Below, in pieces: positions 1-8,790 of a stretch of DNA of 64,000 nucleotides. The position numbers and the translations under genes are program-made. Source of the DNA: an uncultured Vicingus sp. (GTDB lineage: Bacteria > Bacteroidota > Bacteroidia > Flavobacteriales_E > Vicingaceae); assembly GCA_964360245.1 (NCBI GenBank), contig CAYHWX010000003.1, positions 2,307 to 66,306 of the forward strand, in the 5' to 3' direction. Each line of letters starts with the position of its first letter. Within the stretch, counting starts at the first letter, position 1. The notes beneath the pieces are model-generated. The model saw only the letters and a program-made list of their open reading frames with translations. It ran no database searches and was not told where the DNA came from.

Positions 1-834
1 TTCAGGGTCTTCAATCAATAATTCTACATCATCATTTTTTTTTTGAATGATAGGCTCAGTAATTACATTAGATAATTCAACAACTTCTTCTTTTTTTTTC
101 TCTTCTTCCTCCAAACCGTAGTCAAACTCATTGATTGGTGAAATAGTTGTATTTTTTTCATCATTTATTACTTCTATTTCTTCCTCACTTTTGGGTTCTT
201 CTTTAGTAGAAGAAAAAAGATTAAATGAGATATTAAAATTGATTACCAAAAACAACAATAATGAGAGTGCTAAAAATAGAAAAATACCAATGTTTCCAAT
301 AATACTACTTAACCACAAATTAGATTGGAAACCAAATGCTCCTCCTAAAATTGGCATAGCATGAAAAAAGTAACTTAAGAAAATGGAAATCCAAATAATA
401 GAAAATATGGAGTAAGCAAAAGATTTTCCTAAAGGCAAAAGTTTTACTTTAAATAAGATGCGAAATCCTAAAATAAAACTTAATAAAATAAATAAAAAAG
501 AAGCCACCCCAAAACCATTAAAAATAAATTGATGAGCGAAATATGCTCCTAATTTCCCAGCCCAATTTTCGGCTTGAACGCTAGGGTCATTCCAATGATT
601 ACTAATAATATTTTGATCTACTTGCCAGGTAAACAAATAGGATGAAAACGCAAGTATTAAAAAAGCTGAAAAAACTAAAATAAAAACCCCAATGGATTTG
701 TTTAATTTCTCATTAGCAATCAAATCAGAAAAAAAAGTGCTTACCTTTTTTAAAGGATTGCCACTGCTAGATTTCTTTTCAGTGGAGTTTTGTTTTGAAT
801 TATCACCTTCTGTTTTATATATATTTTTGGTCAT
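1..834 (-). CDS. ftsK: DNA translocase FtsK, N-terminal membrane and linker region (partial; the 3' part lies beyond the window start)
   Basis: Absent from the ORF track because it is open at the window edge. Hand translation of the minus strand from the ATG at 834-832 gives 278 uninterrupted codons (MTKNIYKTEGDN...FSDLIANEKLNKSIGVFILVFSAFLILAFSSYLFTWQVDQ...NWAGKLGAYFAHQFIFNGFGVASF...). Several hydrophobic helices are followed by a Glu/Lys-rich linker, as in Bacteroidetes FtsK N-termini. ORF 131..364(+) is its antisense shadow. Confidence 0.6.
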   Translation of the reverse strand, partial: MTKNIYKTEGDNSKQNSTEKKSSSGNPLKKVSTFFSDLIANEKLNKSIGVFILVFSAFLILAFSSYLFTWQVDQNIISNHWNDPSVQAENWAGKLGAYFAHQFIFNGFGVASFLFILLSFILGFRILFKVKLLPLGKSFAYSIFSIIWISIFLSYFFHAMPILGGAFGFQSNLWLSSIIGNIGIFLFLALSLLLFLVINFNISFNLFSSTKEEPKSEEEIEVINDEKNTTISPINEFDYGLEEEEKKKEEVVELSNVITEPIIQKKNDDVELLIEDPE

Positions 835-978
835 TAAGCACAATTAATAATGCTATCAAAGATATTAATAAGTAACGCCATTAAATAGAGAAAAATTGCT
901 ACTAAATAACAATGGATTGTGAATAACGATAATAAGGATGAACTTTAATTTTTTAAAGGTATGGAAGTATTAAAATAT

Positions 979-1674
979 TTAATTGAAGCTATCAAAAATT
1001 TCTTGCATTTCTTTGTCCATTGCTGCTTCAGGTATGGCTTTATATTTAGGATCAATTTCAAACTCACTATCATCAATATCCGTAAATTTTATTTTTTTAG
1101 CTTCAAATTTCATACAAACTCCATATTTCTCATACTGATATTCTAACATAACACCATCAATTTCACTAAATTCGTTACTCCAATTAGGGTCTTCAATATT
1201 AATTTTATCGGTATAATAAACTGTAAAAATTTTAGTAGTATCATTATCAATGGTAACTATTGCTTTTTTGCACAGATAATTAAGAATTATCTTTGTTTCA
1301 CCAGTTTCCTCAACATGGTATTTTGGTAAATTAGCTAAAGATTTTTTTATATGGTCTCCTTTAAGTGTTAAGATGTATTTCTTATTTATCAATTTTACCA
1401 TCTGTGAAAATTGATTTTCTTCTTGATCAACAACAATGTCAGTTTTAAACATTCCCATCCCAGCAGTCATGTTGGTCACGTATTTGTTATCTTTAAATTT
1501 TAAAACCATTTTTTTTGGCATAAAATCAAACATCAAATTACGTTTATCCATTTTTGGATAACTTACTTTATAATAAATAATACCTTGAGATTTACCTGAA
1601 AAGTCACCTCCACATCCGCCGATAACGGAAATCGAAACAATTAGAATTAAAATATAAATTACTTTTTTCAACAT
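979..1674 (-). CDS. hypothetical lipoprotein
   Basis: ORF 979..1695. The probable start is the internal Met (MLKKVIYILILIVSISVIGGCGG), which gives a signal peptide with a lipobox-like Cys. No family recognised. Confidence 0.55.
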   Translation of the reverse strand: MLKKVIYILILIVSISVIGGCGGDFSGKSQGIIYYKVSYPKMDKRNLMFDFMPKKMVLKFKDNKYVTNMTAGMGMFKTDIVVDQEENQFSQMVKLINKKYILTLKGDHIKKSLANLPKYHVEETGETKIILNYLCKKAIVTIDNDTTKIFTVYYTDKINIEDPNWSNEFSEIDGVMLEYQYEKYGVCMKFEAKKIKFTDIDDSEFEIDPKYKAIPEAAMDKEMQEIFDSFN

Positions 1675-1869
1675 CAAATAATACACATCATACAAATATA
1701 TAATTATTTTTAGAGTAAAGGGGCTTAGTTAGATTATTTACCATTTTATGCTTGTTTGGTTATTGTTCTAGCAATTTTCTATGGAAATGTAATTCATTTT
1801 CAATAACTTCGAAGCCTATTTTGAGTAAGTTGATGTGTAAAAATTAGAAAAAGAGCTTTAATTTTTTTT

Positions 1870-2832
1870 ATGAAAAAGATAGTAATAATAAAGAATAGGT
1901 CAGACATTGGAGCTGGAACCCGTGGGGCTGACATGGGTATTGATGCTATTGAAATAGCCGCAATCAATAGAGATAGTGATTTTTTTAATCGCTATGATTA
2001 CGAAGATGTTGAAACAGTTAATGAAGCTGTTTATGAGAAACAACAAACTCCTTATGCAAAAAGAATAGGCAAAGTATTGGAAGTATGTATTAAACTGAGT
2101 AATTCTGTTCAACATTCTTTACTCGATAATTCTTTTCCTATTGTATTGTCAGGTGACCATTCTTCAGCTTTAGGAACAATTAGCGGCATTAAAGCAGTTT
2201 TTCCGACTAAAAGATTAGGTGTAATTTGGATAGATGCTCATGCTGATCTTCATTCACCGTACACTACACCGTCTGGCAACATACACGGAATGCCATTAGC
2301 CGCAGCTTTGGCTAATGATAACTTAGAAAGAAAAGTGAACGATATTACTCCAGAAACTGACAAAAATTGGGAAGGAATGAAAAATATTGGAGCTATTTCC
2401 CCAAAAGTTTTACCTAACGATGTGGTGTATTTTGGAGTTCGATCTACTGAAGAACCTGAAGAATTTGCTATTGCAAAATTCGGCATCAAAAATTATACAG
2501 TAGATGAGATTCGGTATCGTGGAATGAATGTTTGTGTTCTGGAAGCATTAGAAAAGTTGAAAGATTGTGAGTTGATTTATATCTCTTTTGATGTAGATAG
2601 TTTGGATTGTGATTTAATCTCCAAAGGAACTGGAACTCCTGTCTCTAAAGGCTTTGATAAAGAGGAAGTAAAACAAATTATTAATAAAATTATAGCTGGT
2701 GGTAAAGTTACCTGCGTGGAGGTAGTAGAAGTTAATCCTTGTTTAGATAACAAAGGAAATGTAATGGCTGAAACTGCGTTTGATGTAATCAATGATTTTA
2801 CACAAAGTATAGAAAAATATTGTTTGAAGTAA
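1870..2832 (+). CDS. arginase/agmatinase/formimidoylglutamase family hydrolase
   Basis: Ureohydrolase Mn-binding motifs are present: SGDHS, IWIDAHADLH and SFDVDSLD. The precise substrate cannot be called by eye. Confidence 0.8.
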   Translation: MKKIVIIKNRSDIGAGTRGADMGIDAIEIAAINRDSDFFNRYDYEDVETVNEAVYEKQQTPYAKRIGKVLEVCIKLSNSVQHSLLDNSFPIVLSGDHSSALGTISGIKAVFPTKRLGVIWIDAHADLHSPYTTPSGNIHGMPLAAALANDNLERKVNDITPETDKNWEGMKNIGAISPKVLPNDVVYFGVRSTEEPEEFAIAKFGIKNYTVDEIRYRGMNVCVLEALEKLKDCELIYISFDVDSLDCDLISKGTGTPVSKGFDKEEVKQIINKIIAGGKVTCVEVVEVNPCLDNKGNVMAETAFDVINDFTQSIEKYCLK

Positions 2833-4721
2833 TGGAGAAATTATTGACTGAGAAAGTTGTTGAGGGAATAAAACTATTATACGATGTAGAGGTTGATGAT
2901 AAACTAGTACAGGTTCAAAAAACTAGGAAAGAATTTGCTGGAGATTTAACCATAGTTGTTTTTCCATTTTTAAAAATATCTAAAAAATCTCCAGAACTTA
3001 CCGCCGAAGATTTAGGAAATTATATCAAAGAAAACGTTGAAGAAGTTGTTGGTTATAACGTTGTTAAAGGGTTTCTAAATTTTTCTATTTCATCCAATTA
3101 TTGGTTGAGTGTTTTTAATACGATTTCAAAAACAACCAATTACGGTTTTGCTCCGCCCAATTCTGAAAGCACCATTATGGTTGAATATTCTTCTCCAAAC
3201 ACTAATAAACCTTTACATCTCGGACATTTACGAAACAATTTTTTAGGCTATGCTGTTGCCGAAATTTTGAAAGCACTTGGACATAAAGTGGTAAAAACAC
3301 AAGTGATAAACGACCGAGGAATACACATTTGTAAAAGTATGTTGGCTTGGAAAAAATTTGGAAATGGCGAAACACCAGAAAGTTCTGGTTTAAAAGGCGA
3401 TCATTTGGTTGGAAAATATTATGTGGAGTTTGATAAAGTTTTAAAATCGCAAGCAGCTTTTGAAATGGAGAAATTGAAAGGAGATTACATAGTAACTGAT
3501 AATGATTCTATTGCAAATGGCATACAAGCTCATAAAGAAGGAAGAATAAAGAAGGATGGGGTTATTCAAAAGATGGAAGACCACCCAGATATAAAACTTT
3601 ATTCTGAATTATCAACACCAATTATGTATGAGGCAAAGGAAATGCTTCAGAAATGGGAAGAAGGTGATGAGAAAGTAAGAACTCTATGGAAAAAGATGAA
3701 CAGTTGGGTTTATGACGGTTTTGCGATTTCCTATAAAACCATGGGTGTAGATTTTGATGAATTGTATTACGAATCCGACACCTATTTGTTAGGAAAAGAT
3801 GTGGTAACCGAAGGGTTGGCAAAAAAAATATTTTACCAAAAAGAAGACAACTCAGTTTGGTGCGATTTAAGTTCTGAAAAAATAGACGATAAATTATTGC
3901 TGCGTTCAGATGGAACTTCTGTTTATATGACTCAAGATGTTGGAACAGCTATTGAACGTTATAAAAAACACCCTGATTTAAGTGGAATGATTTATACGGT
4001 AGGGAATGAACAAAATCACCATTTTAAGGTTTTATTTGCTATCCTTAAAAAATTAGGATACCAATGGGCAGATGGTTGCTTTCACTTATCGTATGGCATG
4101 ATTGAATTGCCAGAAGGAAAAATGAAATCGAGAGAGGGAACAGTTGTTGATGCTGATGATTTAATGGAAATGATGGTGAACGATGCCAAAGAAATGACGC
4201 AAAATCGTGGACAAATAGAAGGGATGACTAATGAAGAAAAAGATGAGCTTTATGCTACTATCGGGTTGGGAAGCTTAAAGTATTTTTTATTGAAAGTTGA
4301 CCCAAAAAAAGGCATGGTTTTTAACCCAGCCGAATCCATTGATTTAAATGGAAATACGGGTCCTTTTATTCAATATGCTTTTGCTCGAATTCAATCATTA
4401 TTAAAAAAAGCTATTGAATTGGGTTTTTCAAAAAATTATCAAGCGGTTGAAATTAATGAGAAAGAGCATGAATTGATAAAATTAATGAACGATTATCCAG
4501 TAATTATAAAAGAAGCAGGAGAAAATTATAGTCCCGCATTAATTGCTAATTATGTTTTTGACTTGGTAAAAGAATTTAACAACTTCTACCAAACAGTTCC
4601 AATTTTAAAAGAAGAAGATTTAGAGAAATTGGCTTTTAGAATCTGTTTATCAGAAGCTATTGGTAAAATAATTAAATCTGCCATGTTATTATTAGGGGTT
4701 CAAGTGCCAAATAAAATGTAA
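2832..4721 (+). CDS. argS: arginine--tRNA ligase
   Basis: Class I HIGH-type motif SSPNTNKPLHLGHLRNN, with the length and C-terminal anticodon-binding region typical of ArgS. The track start 2820 is a TTG. The ATG at 2832 overlaps the upstream stop (TAATG). Confidence 0.9.
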   Translation: MEKLLTEKVVEGIKLLYDVEVDDKLVQVQKTRKEFAGDLTIVVFPFLKISKKSPELTAEDLGNYIKENVEEVVGYNVVKGFLNFSISSNYWLSVFNTISKTTNYGFAPPNSESTIMVEYSSPNTNKPLHLGHLRNNFLGYAVAEILKALGHKVVKTQVINDRGIHICKSMLAWKKFGNGETPESSGLKGDHLVGKYYVEFDKVLKSQAAFEMEKLKGDYIVTDNDSIANGIQAHKEGRIKKDGVIQKMEDHPDIKLYSELSTPIMYEAKEMLQKWEEGDEKVRTLWKKMNSWVYDGFAISYKTMGVDFDELYYESDTYLLGKDVVTEGLAKKIFYQKEDNSVWCDLSSEKIDDKLLLRSDGTSVYMTQDVGTAIERYKKHPDLSGMIYTVGNEQNHHFKVLFAILKKLGYQWADGCFHLSYGMIELPEGKMKSREGTVVDADDLMEMMVNDAKEMTQNRGQIEGMTNEEKDELYATIGLGSLKYFLLKVDPKKGMVFNPAESIDLNGNTGPFIQYAFARIQSLLKKAIELGFSKNYQAVEINEKEHELIKLMNDYPVIIKEAGENYSPALIANYVFDLVKEFNNFYQTVPILKEEDLEKLAFRICLSEAIGKIIKSAMLLLGVQVPNKM

Positions 4722-4722
4722 T

Positions 4723-5565
4723 ATGTTGATTGTAAAAAACATTGTTATTGATGGGAAACACGACAAACAAATATTATTAGATTTTGGATATCAACCTAAC
4801 GCAGTTCCAAAACCAGTAATCGTTTTTGCTCATGGATTTAAAGGATTTAAAGATTGGGGACACTTTAATAAAGTAATGGAATATTTTATTGAAAACGATT
4901 TTGCTTTTGTAAAGTTTAACTTTTCGCACAATGGAGGCACAATTGAACAACCGATAGATTTTCCAGATTTAGAAGCTTTTGGCAATAATAATTATACCAA
5001 GGAATTAGACGATTTAAGAACTATAATCGATTGGGTAGAAACTAATAACCTCATCGCAGACAAAGAATTAAACAAGCAGCAAATTTATTTAATAGGACAC
5101 AGTAGAGGTGGAGGCATCTCAATATTAGCTGCTAATGAAGATAATCGAATAAAAAAAGTTGTTACTTGGGCTGCAGTTGCCGATTTAGTAAATAGGTATA
5201 ATGAAGAGCAGATAAACCATTGGAAAAAAGAAGGTGTTATTTACGTCGAAAATGCAAGAACTCATCAGCAAATGCCTTTGTATTATCAATTAGTTGAAAA
5301 TACGTTGAACAACAAAGATAGATTTAATGTGGAATTAGCTTCCAATAACTTAAACATTCCTCATTTGATTATACATGGAACAAAAGATGAAGCAGTTTCT
5401 GTAAATGAAGCTAGCATAATAAATAAGTGGAGCAGCAATTCCGAACTTTTTATTGTTGAAGGTGCAGGACATTCATTTGGAGCATCACACCCTTATAACG
5501 AAACTACTTTTCCACCACATGCACAAATCGTTTTAGACCATACATTGGCATTTCTTAAAAAATAA
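4723..5565 (+). CDS. alpha/beta hydrolase
   Basis: Nucleophile elbow GHSRGG, with the HG oxyanion region (AHGFKG) near the N-terminus. Confidence 0.7.
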   Translation: MLIVKNIVIDGKHDKQILLDFGYQPNAVPKPVIVFAHGFKGFKDWGHFNKVMEYFIENDFAFVKFNFSHNGGTIEQPIDFPDLEAFGNNNYTKELDDLRTIIDWVETNNLIADKELNKQQIYLIGHSRGGGISILAANEDNRIKKVVTWAAVADLVNRYNEEQINHWKKEGVIYVENARTHQQMPLYYQLVENTLNNKDRFNVELASNNLNIPHLIIHGTKDEAVSVNEASIINKWSSNSELFIVEGAGHSFGASHPYNETTFPPHAQIVLDHTLAFLKK

Positions 5566-5760
5566 AAGTTCCAGAAATACATATTTTTTCTCCTTTTGTT
5601 GGTTAAATACTACCGTTTATATATTGCTTTCAGCAGCAGGCAACTTTTGCAGGTTTTCATTCGTTTTTATTGTAGAAGAAAGTTCTTAATAGTATCGGAA
5701 ATGAGTGATTATTTACTTTTTTTTATAAAGAAATAAATTATTAACTAAAATAAAAGAGCC

Positions 5761-5865
5761 ATGAAAACACAGCTTAATAAAACCGTAGAACACAATATTT
5801 ATACTTTTATTATTGTTGCATTAATGTCTTTTCTAGTCGTAATCGCTATCGTAACAGCATTATAA
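5761..5865 (+). CDS. possible 34-aa single-helix membrane peptide
   Basis: Hand-translated as MKTQLNKTVEHNIYTFIIVALMSFLVVIAIVTAL*. It is below the ORF-track size cut-off and has no homology support. Confidence 0.2.
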   Translation: MKTQLNKTVEHNIYTFIIVALMSFLVVIAIVTAL

Positions 5866-6085
5866 AATTATAAAAATAGCTTCTCTAAGATTCTTCATTA
5901 CTACCTCCAATTGTTAATGCCTTGTACGCATATCTTAGAGAAGCTTTCTTACTACCATTGTAGTTAAACGCTCAACCCATTACATTATTATCCAATGATA
6001 ACTGCTTTTAGCAGTACCAAAAGCGTTGAAATAAAAAAATATAGAATAAATGCGAGTTAGAATTTTGCAGGTTTAAATTTTTAGT

Positions 6086-6093
6086 TACTTTTG
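6086..6093 (+). promoter_or_regulatory. Bacteroidetes-type -7 promoter element (TACTTTTG) for the tRNA pair
   Basis: Matches TAnnTTTG. A TTTG lies at 6064-6067, 18 nt upstream (a -33-like element). The first tRNA starts 40 nt downstream. Confidence 0.3.
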
Positions 6094-6132
6094 CTCTCCC
6101 CTGTTTTAGGGATAGTTCTTTCAAAAAAATAA

Positions 6133-6205
6133 GCGAGAGTAGCTCAGCTGATAGAGCGCCACCTTGCCAAGGTGGAGGTCGCGGGTTTGAACCCCGTCTC
6201 CCGCT
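6133..6205 (+). tRNA. tRNA-Gly (anticodon GCC)
   Basis: Hand-folded 73-nt cloverleaf: GCGAGAG/TA/GCTC-AGCTGATA-GAGC/G/CCACC-TTGCCAA-GGTGG/AGGTC/GCGGG-TTTGAAC-CCCGT/CTCCCGC/T. CCA is not encoded. Confidence 0.85.
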
Positions 6206-6212
6206 CAGTGTT

Positions 6213-6297
6213 GCTCGGGTGGTGGAATTGGTAGACACGCAGGACTTAAAATCCTGTGATCATTGCGATCGTGCGGGTTCAATTCCCGCTCCGAGTA
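6213..6297 (+). tRNA. tRNA-Leu (anticodon UAA), long variable arm
   Basis: Hand-folded 85-nt cloverleaf. Acceptor GCTCGGG/TCCGAGT has two G-U pairs. Anticodon loop is CTTAAAA, the variable arm is 16 nt, and the T-arm is GCGGG-TTCAATT-CCCGC. Confidence 0.9.
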
Positions 6298-6387
6298 CAA
6301 AATCAGAGTGAGAATGAGAGCGAAAGCGAACATACTCCTCTGATTTTTCTTCATTCTCATTCTGTTTCTCACTCTAACATAAACTAC

Positions 6388-6732
6388 ATGTTTGATTTTC
6401 AAAAGCTCGAAGTTTACAAAAAAGCTAAGGCTTTTCACATTTTTTGCAAAAAATTAATAATTGAAAACAAATTTGACAATTATCTAAAAGACCAGTTAGG
6501 AAGAGCTTCGTTTAGTGTACCATTAAATATTGCAGAAGGCTCTGGTAAGTTTTCAAAAGCCGATCGTAAAAATTATTTTACAACAGCAAGAGCTTCGGTT
6601 TTCGAATGTGTAGCTGTTCTCGATATACTTACAGATGAAGAAAGAATTACAACGACAACATTTGAAGAATATCAACTTAAAGCAGATGAACTTTCGAGAA
6701 TTTTATATGTAATGATAAAGAACCTGTCTTAA
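6388..6732 (+). CDS. four-helix-bundle protein (23S rRNA intervening-sequence protein family)
   Basis: MFDFQKLEVYKKAKAFH...LGRASFSVPLNIAEGSGKFSKADRKNYFTTARASVFECVAVLDIL matches the signature of this family (NIAEG, F...ARGS..E). The track start 6256 reads through tRNA-Leu. The in-frame ATG at 6388 is the realistic start. Confidence 0.8.
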   Translation: MFDFQKLEVYKKAKAFHIFCKKLIIENKFDNYLKDQLGRASFSVPLNIAEGSGKFSKADRKNYFTTARASVFECVAVLDILTDEERITTTTFEEYQLKADELSRILYVMIKNLS

Positions 6733-6801
6733 TTTGGCTAAAAAATAGATTTTTTAAAATACTCATGAGAAGGCTTCCACCTCTCACTTGTAAAGTTAAA
6801 C

Positions 6802-6829
6802 CTCGAATATTTTAATACTCGGGTTTTTT
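6802..6829 (+). terminator. rho-independent terminator after the four-helix-bundle gene
   Basis: Imperfect stem CTCGAATA/TACTCGGG with one mismatch, followed by TTTTTT. Confidence 0.45.
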
Positions 6830-6869
6830 CGTTTTTATTATATTTGTCGCAGTTCTAAAAAACAATCTT

Positions 6870-7394
6870 ATGAAATATTTATTAGTTGTCATATCCTTAT
6901 TTATTGCTACAAACAGTAATGCACAAGCCGAAGATGCTAACTTTTTATTGAAAAATTTTGAAATAAGTTGGCAAAAGGTATATGATACAAAAATGACTAA
7001 AGAAGAAATCATTACCTATTTTAAGGCATCCGATAAATTTTGGTTGATAGAGGTGGTTGCCGATACCATCATCACTAAATTAAAACCACAGAAAATTGAC
7101 CCTGCAAAGACTGGTGTAGCTGGCGTGCCTGTAATTGTTAATAAAACAAGTTTTAAGGGTTTAGTAATTATAGAGTTAAAAGAAAAAAAATATAGAGTTA
7201 CCTTAAAAAACATTGTATTGGTAGGGGATGGGGAACTATTAAAAAAAGGAGAGGAACAAACCTTTGAACAAAATTATTTAAATAAAGAACTAATCGCCTA
7301 TCGTCCTTTTTTTCTGAAGGGACCTAAAGAAATATATAACTTACATTTTAACAATATTTTCGAAATAGAAGTTAAAGCCAAAGAGGAATGGTAA
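6870..7394 (+). CDS. hypothetical secreted protein
   Basis: Signal peptide MKYLLVVISLFIATNSNAQA. No family recognised. Confidence 0.6.
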   Translation: MKYLLVVISLFIATNSNAQAEDANFLLKNFEISWQKVYDTKMTKEEIITYFKASDKFWLIEVVADTIITKLKPQKIDPAKTGVAGVPVIVNKTSFKGLVIIELKEKKYRVTLKNIVLVGDGELLKKGEEQTFEQNYLNKELIAYRPFFLKGPKEIYNLHFNNIFEIEVKAKEEW

Positions 7395-7675
7395 TTTAAT
7401 TACAAAATTCTACCTCCAACAAATCAGATCAACTTAAAATTAGAATAGTTTCTTTTAATAGAGAAATTATTTTTTTTCTTAAAAACCTGAATACATGGTG
7501 AAAATCTAAATTTTTATTCTTTTTTGATTAGTTTTTATGTTTCAAAACACATTAAAATTCTTTTTTAAATAAAAAGTTACTTTTTGAAATAAATATTTGA
7601 AAATCATTTGGTTGTAACGAAATAATTTTTTATATTTAATCATTATTTTCGGTTTTCAATTTAAATTATTGTATA

Positions 7676-8227
7676 ATGAAAAATCCTACTTTTATTTTAA
7701 TTATAGCACTCCTATTATGGATGTGCGGTTCATCCTATTGGTATGTTTGTAGAATTAAAGGTTTTTGCCAGCCAACAGCAAATAGTTCTATTTCTAATAA
7801 AAATATTAAAAATGAAACTCTTGTCGTAAAAATAACAGAAGATGAAACCAATAATAAAACGGAAATTACAATAAATGAACCCAAATTAAAATTTGAAAAC
7901 AAAGTTGTTTATTTTGAATTTGGAAAAGATAATTTAAAAAGTGATGATGAACTCAAAAACTATTTTAATGAGCTTAAGCTATTTTTGAATCAAAATAAGA
8001 CTCATAAAATTGATTTAATTGGTCATACTGATGATGTTGGAGATGAAAAAGAAAATGAATTATTAGGGCTCAAAAGAGCAGAGTGCGTAAAAAAGATGTT
8101 GATTGAGGTAGGAATTGAAGATAATCAGATACAAACAATATCTAAAGGAGAGAACGATCCAACTAATTCTAATGTAACAAAAGAAGGAAGAGATTTGGAA
8201 CGAAGAGTAGAAATAATTATTAATTAA
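7676..8227 (+). CDS. OmpA-family (OmpA/MotB C-terminal domain) protein
   Basis: N-terminal TM helix. The C-terminal OmpA-like motif runs VYFEFGKDNL...LIGHTDDVGDEKENELLGLKRAECVKKML...RRVEIII. Confidence 0.8.
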   Translation: MKNPTFILIIALLLWMCGSSYWYVCRIKGFCQPTANSSISNKNIKNETLVVKITEDETNNKTEITINEPKLKFENKVVYFEFGKDNLKSDDELKNYFNELKLFLNQNKTHKIDLIGHTDDVGDEKENELLGLKRAECVKKMLIEVGIEDNQIQTISKGENDPTNSNVTKEGRDLERRVEIIIN

Positions 8228-8242
8228 TCAAAATATACAGCT

Positions 8243-8659
8243 ATGGGAAATGCAATTTTAGAAATAATAGTTATGCTGATTGTTTCAGCTGGTCTTGGTT
8301 TTGCCATTGCCTGGTTTATTCAAAAAAACAAATTAGATAAACTACAAGCATTATTTAATCAAAAAGTCAGCGATTATAACGATCTAAATCAACGCTATAA
8401 TCAGCTTAATCAACGCTATAATGATTTACAGGAAAAGAACATCTCTCTTGAAACTGATTTGTCGAGAAGAAGAAAAGAAATAACTGATTTACAAGCTAAA
8501 ATTGAATTGATGCAATCGGATTTAACAGAAAGAAAAACGGAACTTGCTAAATTAACTAGTAACCTTGAAAAATCAGCAGCTAAATTAAATGAGGCTAATA
8601 TTGAAAATGAAAATCTTTTAGCCACAATTTCAGAATTAAAAGCAGAAAAAAAAGATTAA
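8243..8659 (+). CDS. membrane-anchored coiled-coil protein, function unknown
   Basis: One N-terminal TM helix, then heptad-rich sequence (LNQRYNQLNQRYNDLQEKN...). Confidence 0.6.
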   Translation: MGNAILEIIVMLIVSAGLGFAIAWFIQKNKLDKLQALFNQKVSDYNDLNQRYNQLNQRYNDLQEKNISLETDLSRRRKEITDLQAKIELMQSDLTERKTELAKLTSNLEKSAAKLNEANIENENLLATISELKAEKKD

Positions 8660-8790
8660 AATATCTCTTTTAAATCGTTTGAATTTTTATTTCATCTAAA
8701 GTGATTTTTTATTGAAGATTTTTATCTCAATTATAGTTTAAACTTTAAGTATTAAGTTTGCAAACTTATATTGTAGGATAAAAATCATAT

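Noticed and set aside
131-1146. Plus-strand ORFs 131..364 and 961..1146 from the track.
   Set aside because: Both lie antisense to better-supported minus-strand genes (the ftsK 5' part and the lipoprotein gene). Both give low-complexity or hydrophobic translations typical of shadow ORFs in AT-rich DNA.
6008-6438. Minus-strand ORFs 6008..6238 and 6205..6438, and the 6256 start of the 158-aa plus-strand ORF.
   Set aside because: They run straight through tRNA-Gly and tRNA-Leu. The Pro/Gly/Arg-rich translations are simply tRNA sequence read as protein. The real CDS starts at the in-frame ATG at 6388.
8387-8422. 21-nt direct repeat AATCAACGCTATAAT (8387-8401 and 8408-8422) inside the coiled-coil gene.
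   Set aside because: It is an in-frame duplication encoding LNQRYN twice within a heptad-repeat protein. This is an ordinary feature of coiled-coil genes and not a regulatory element.
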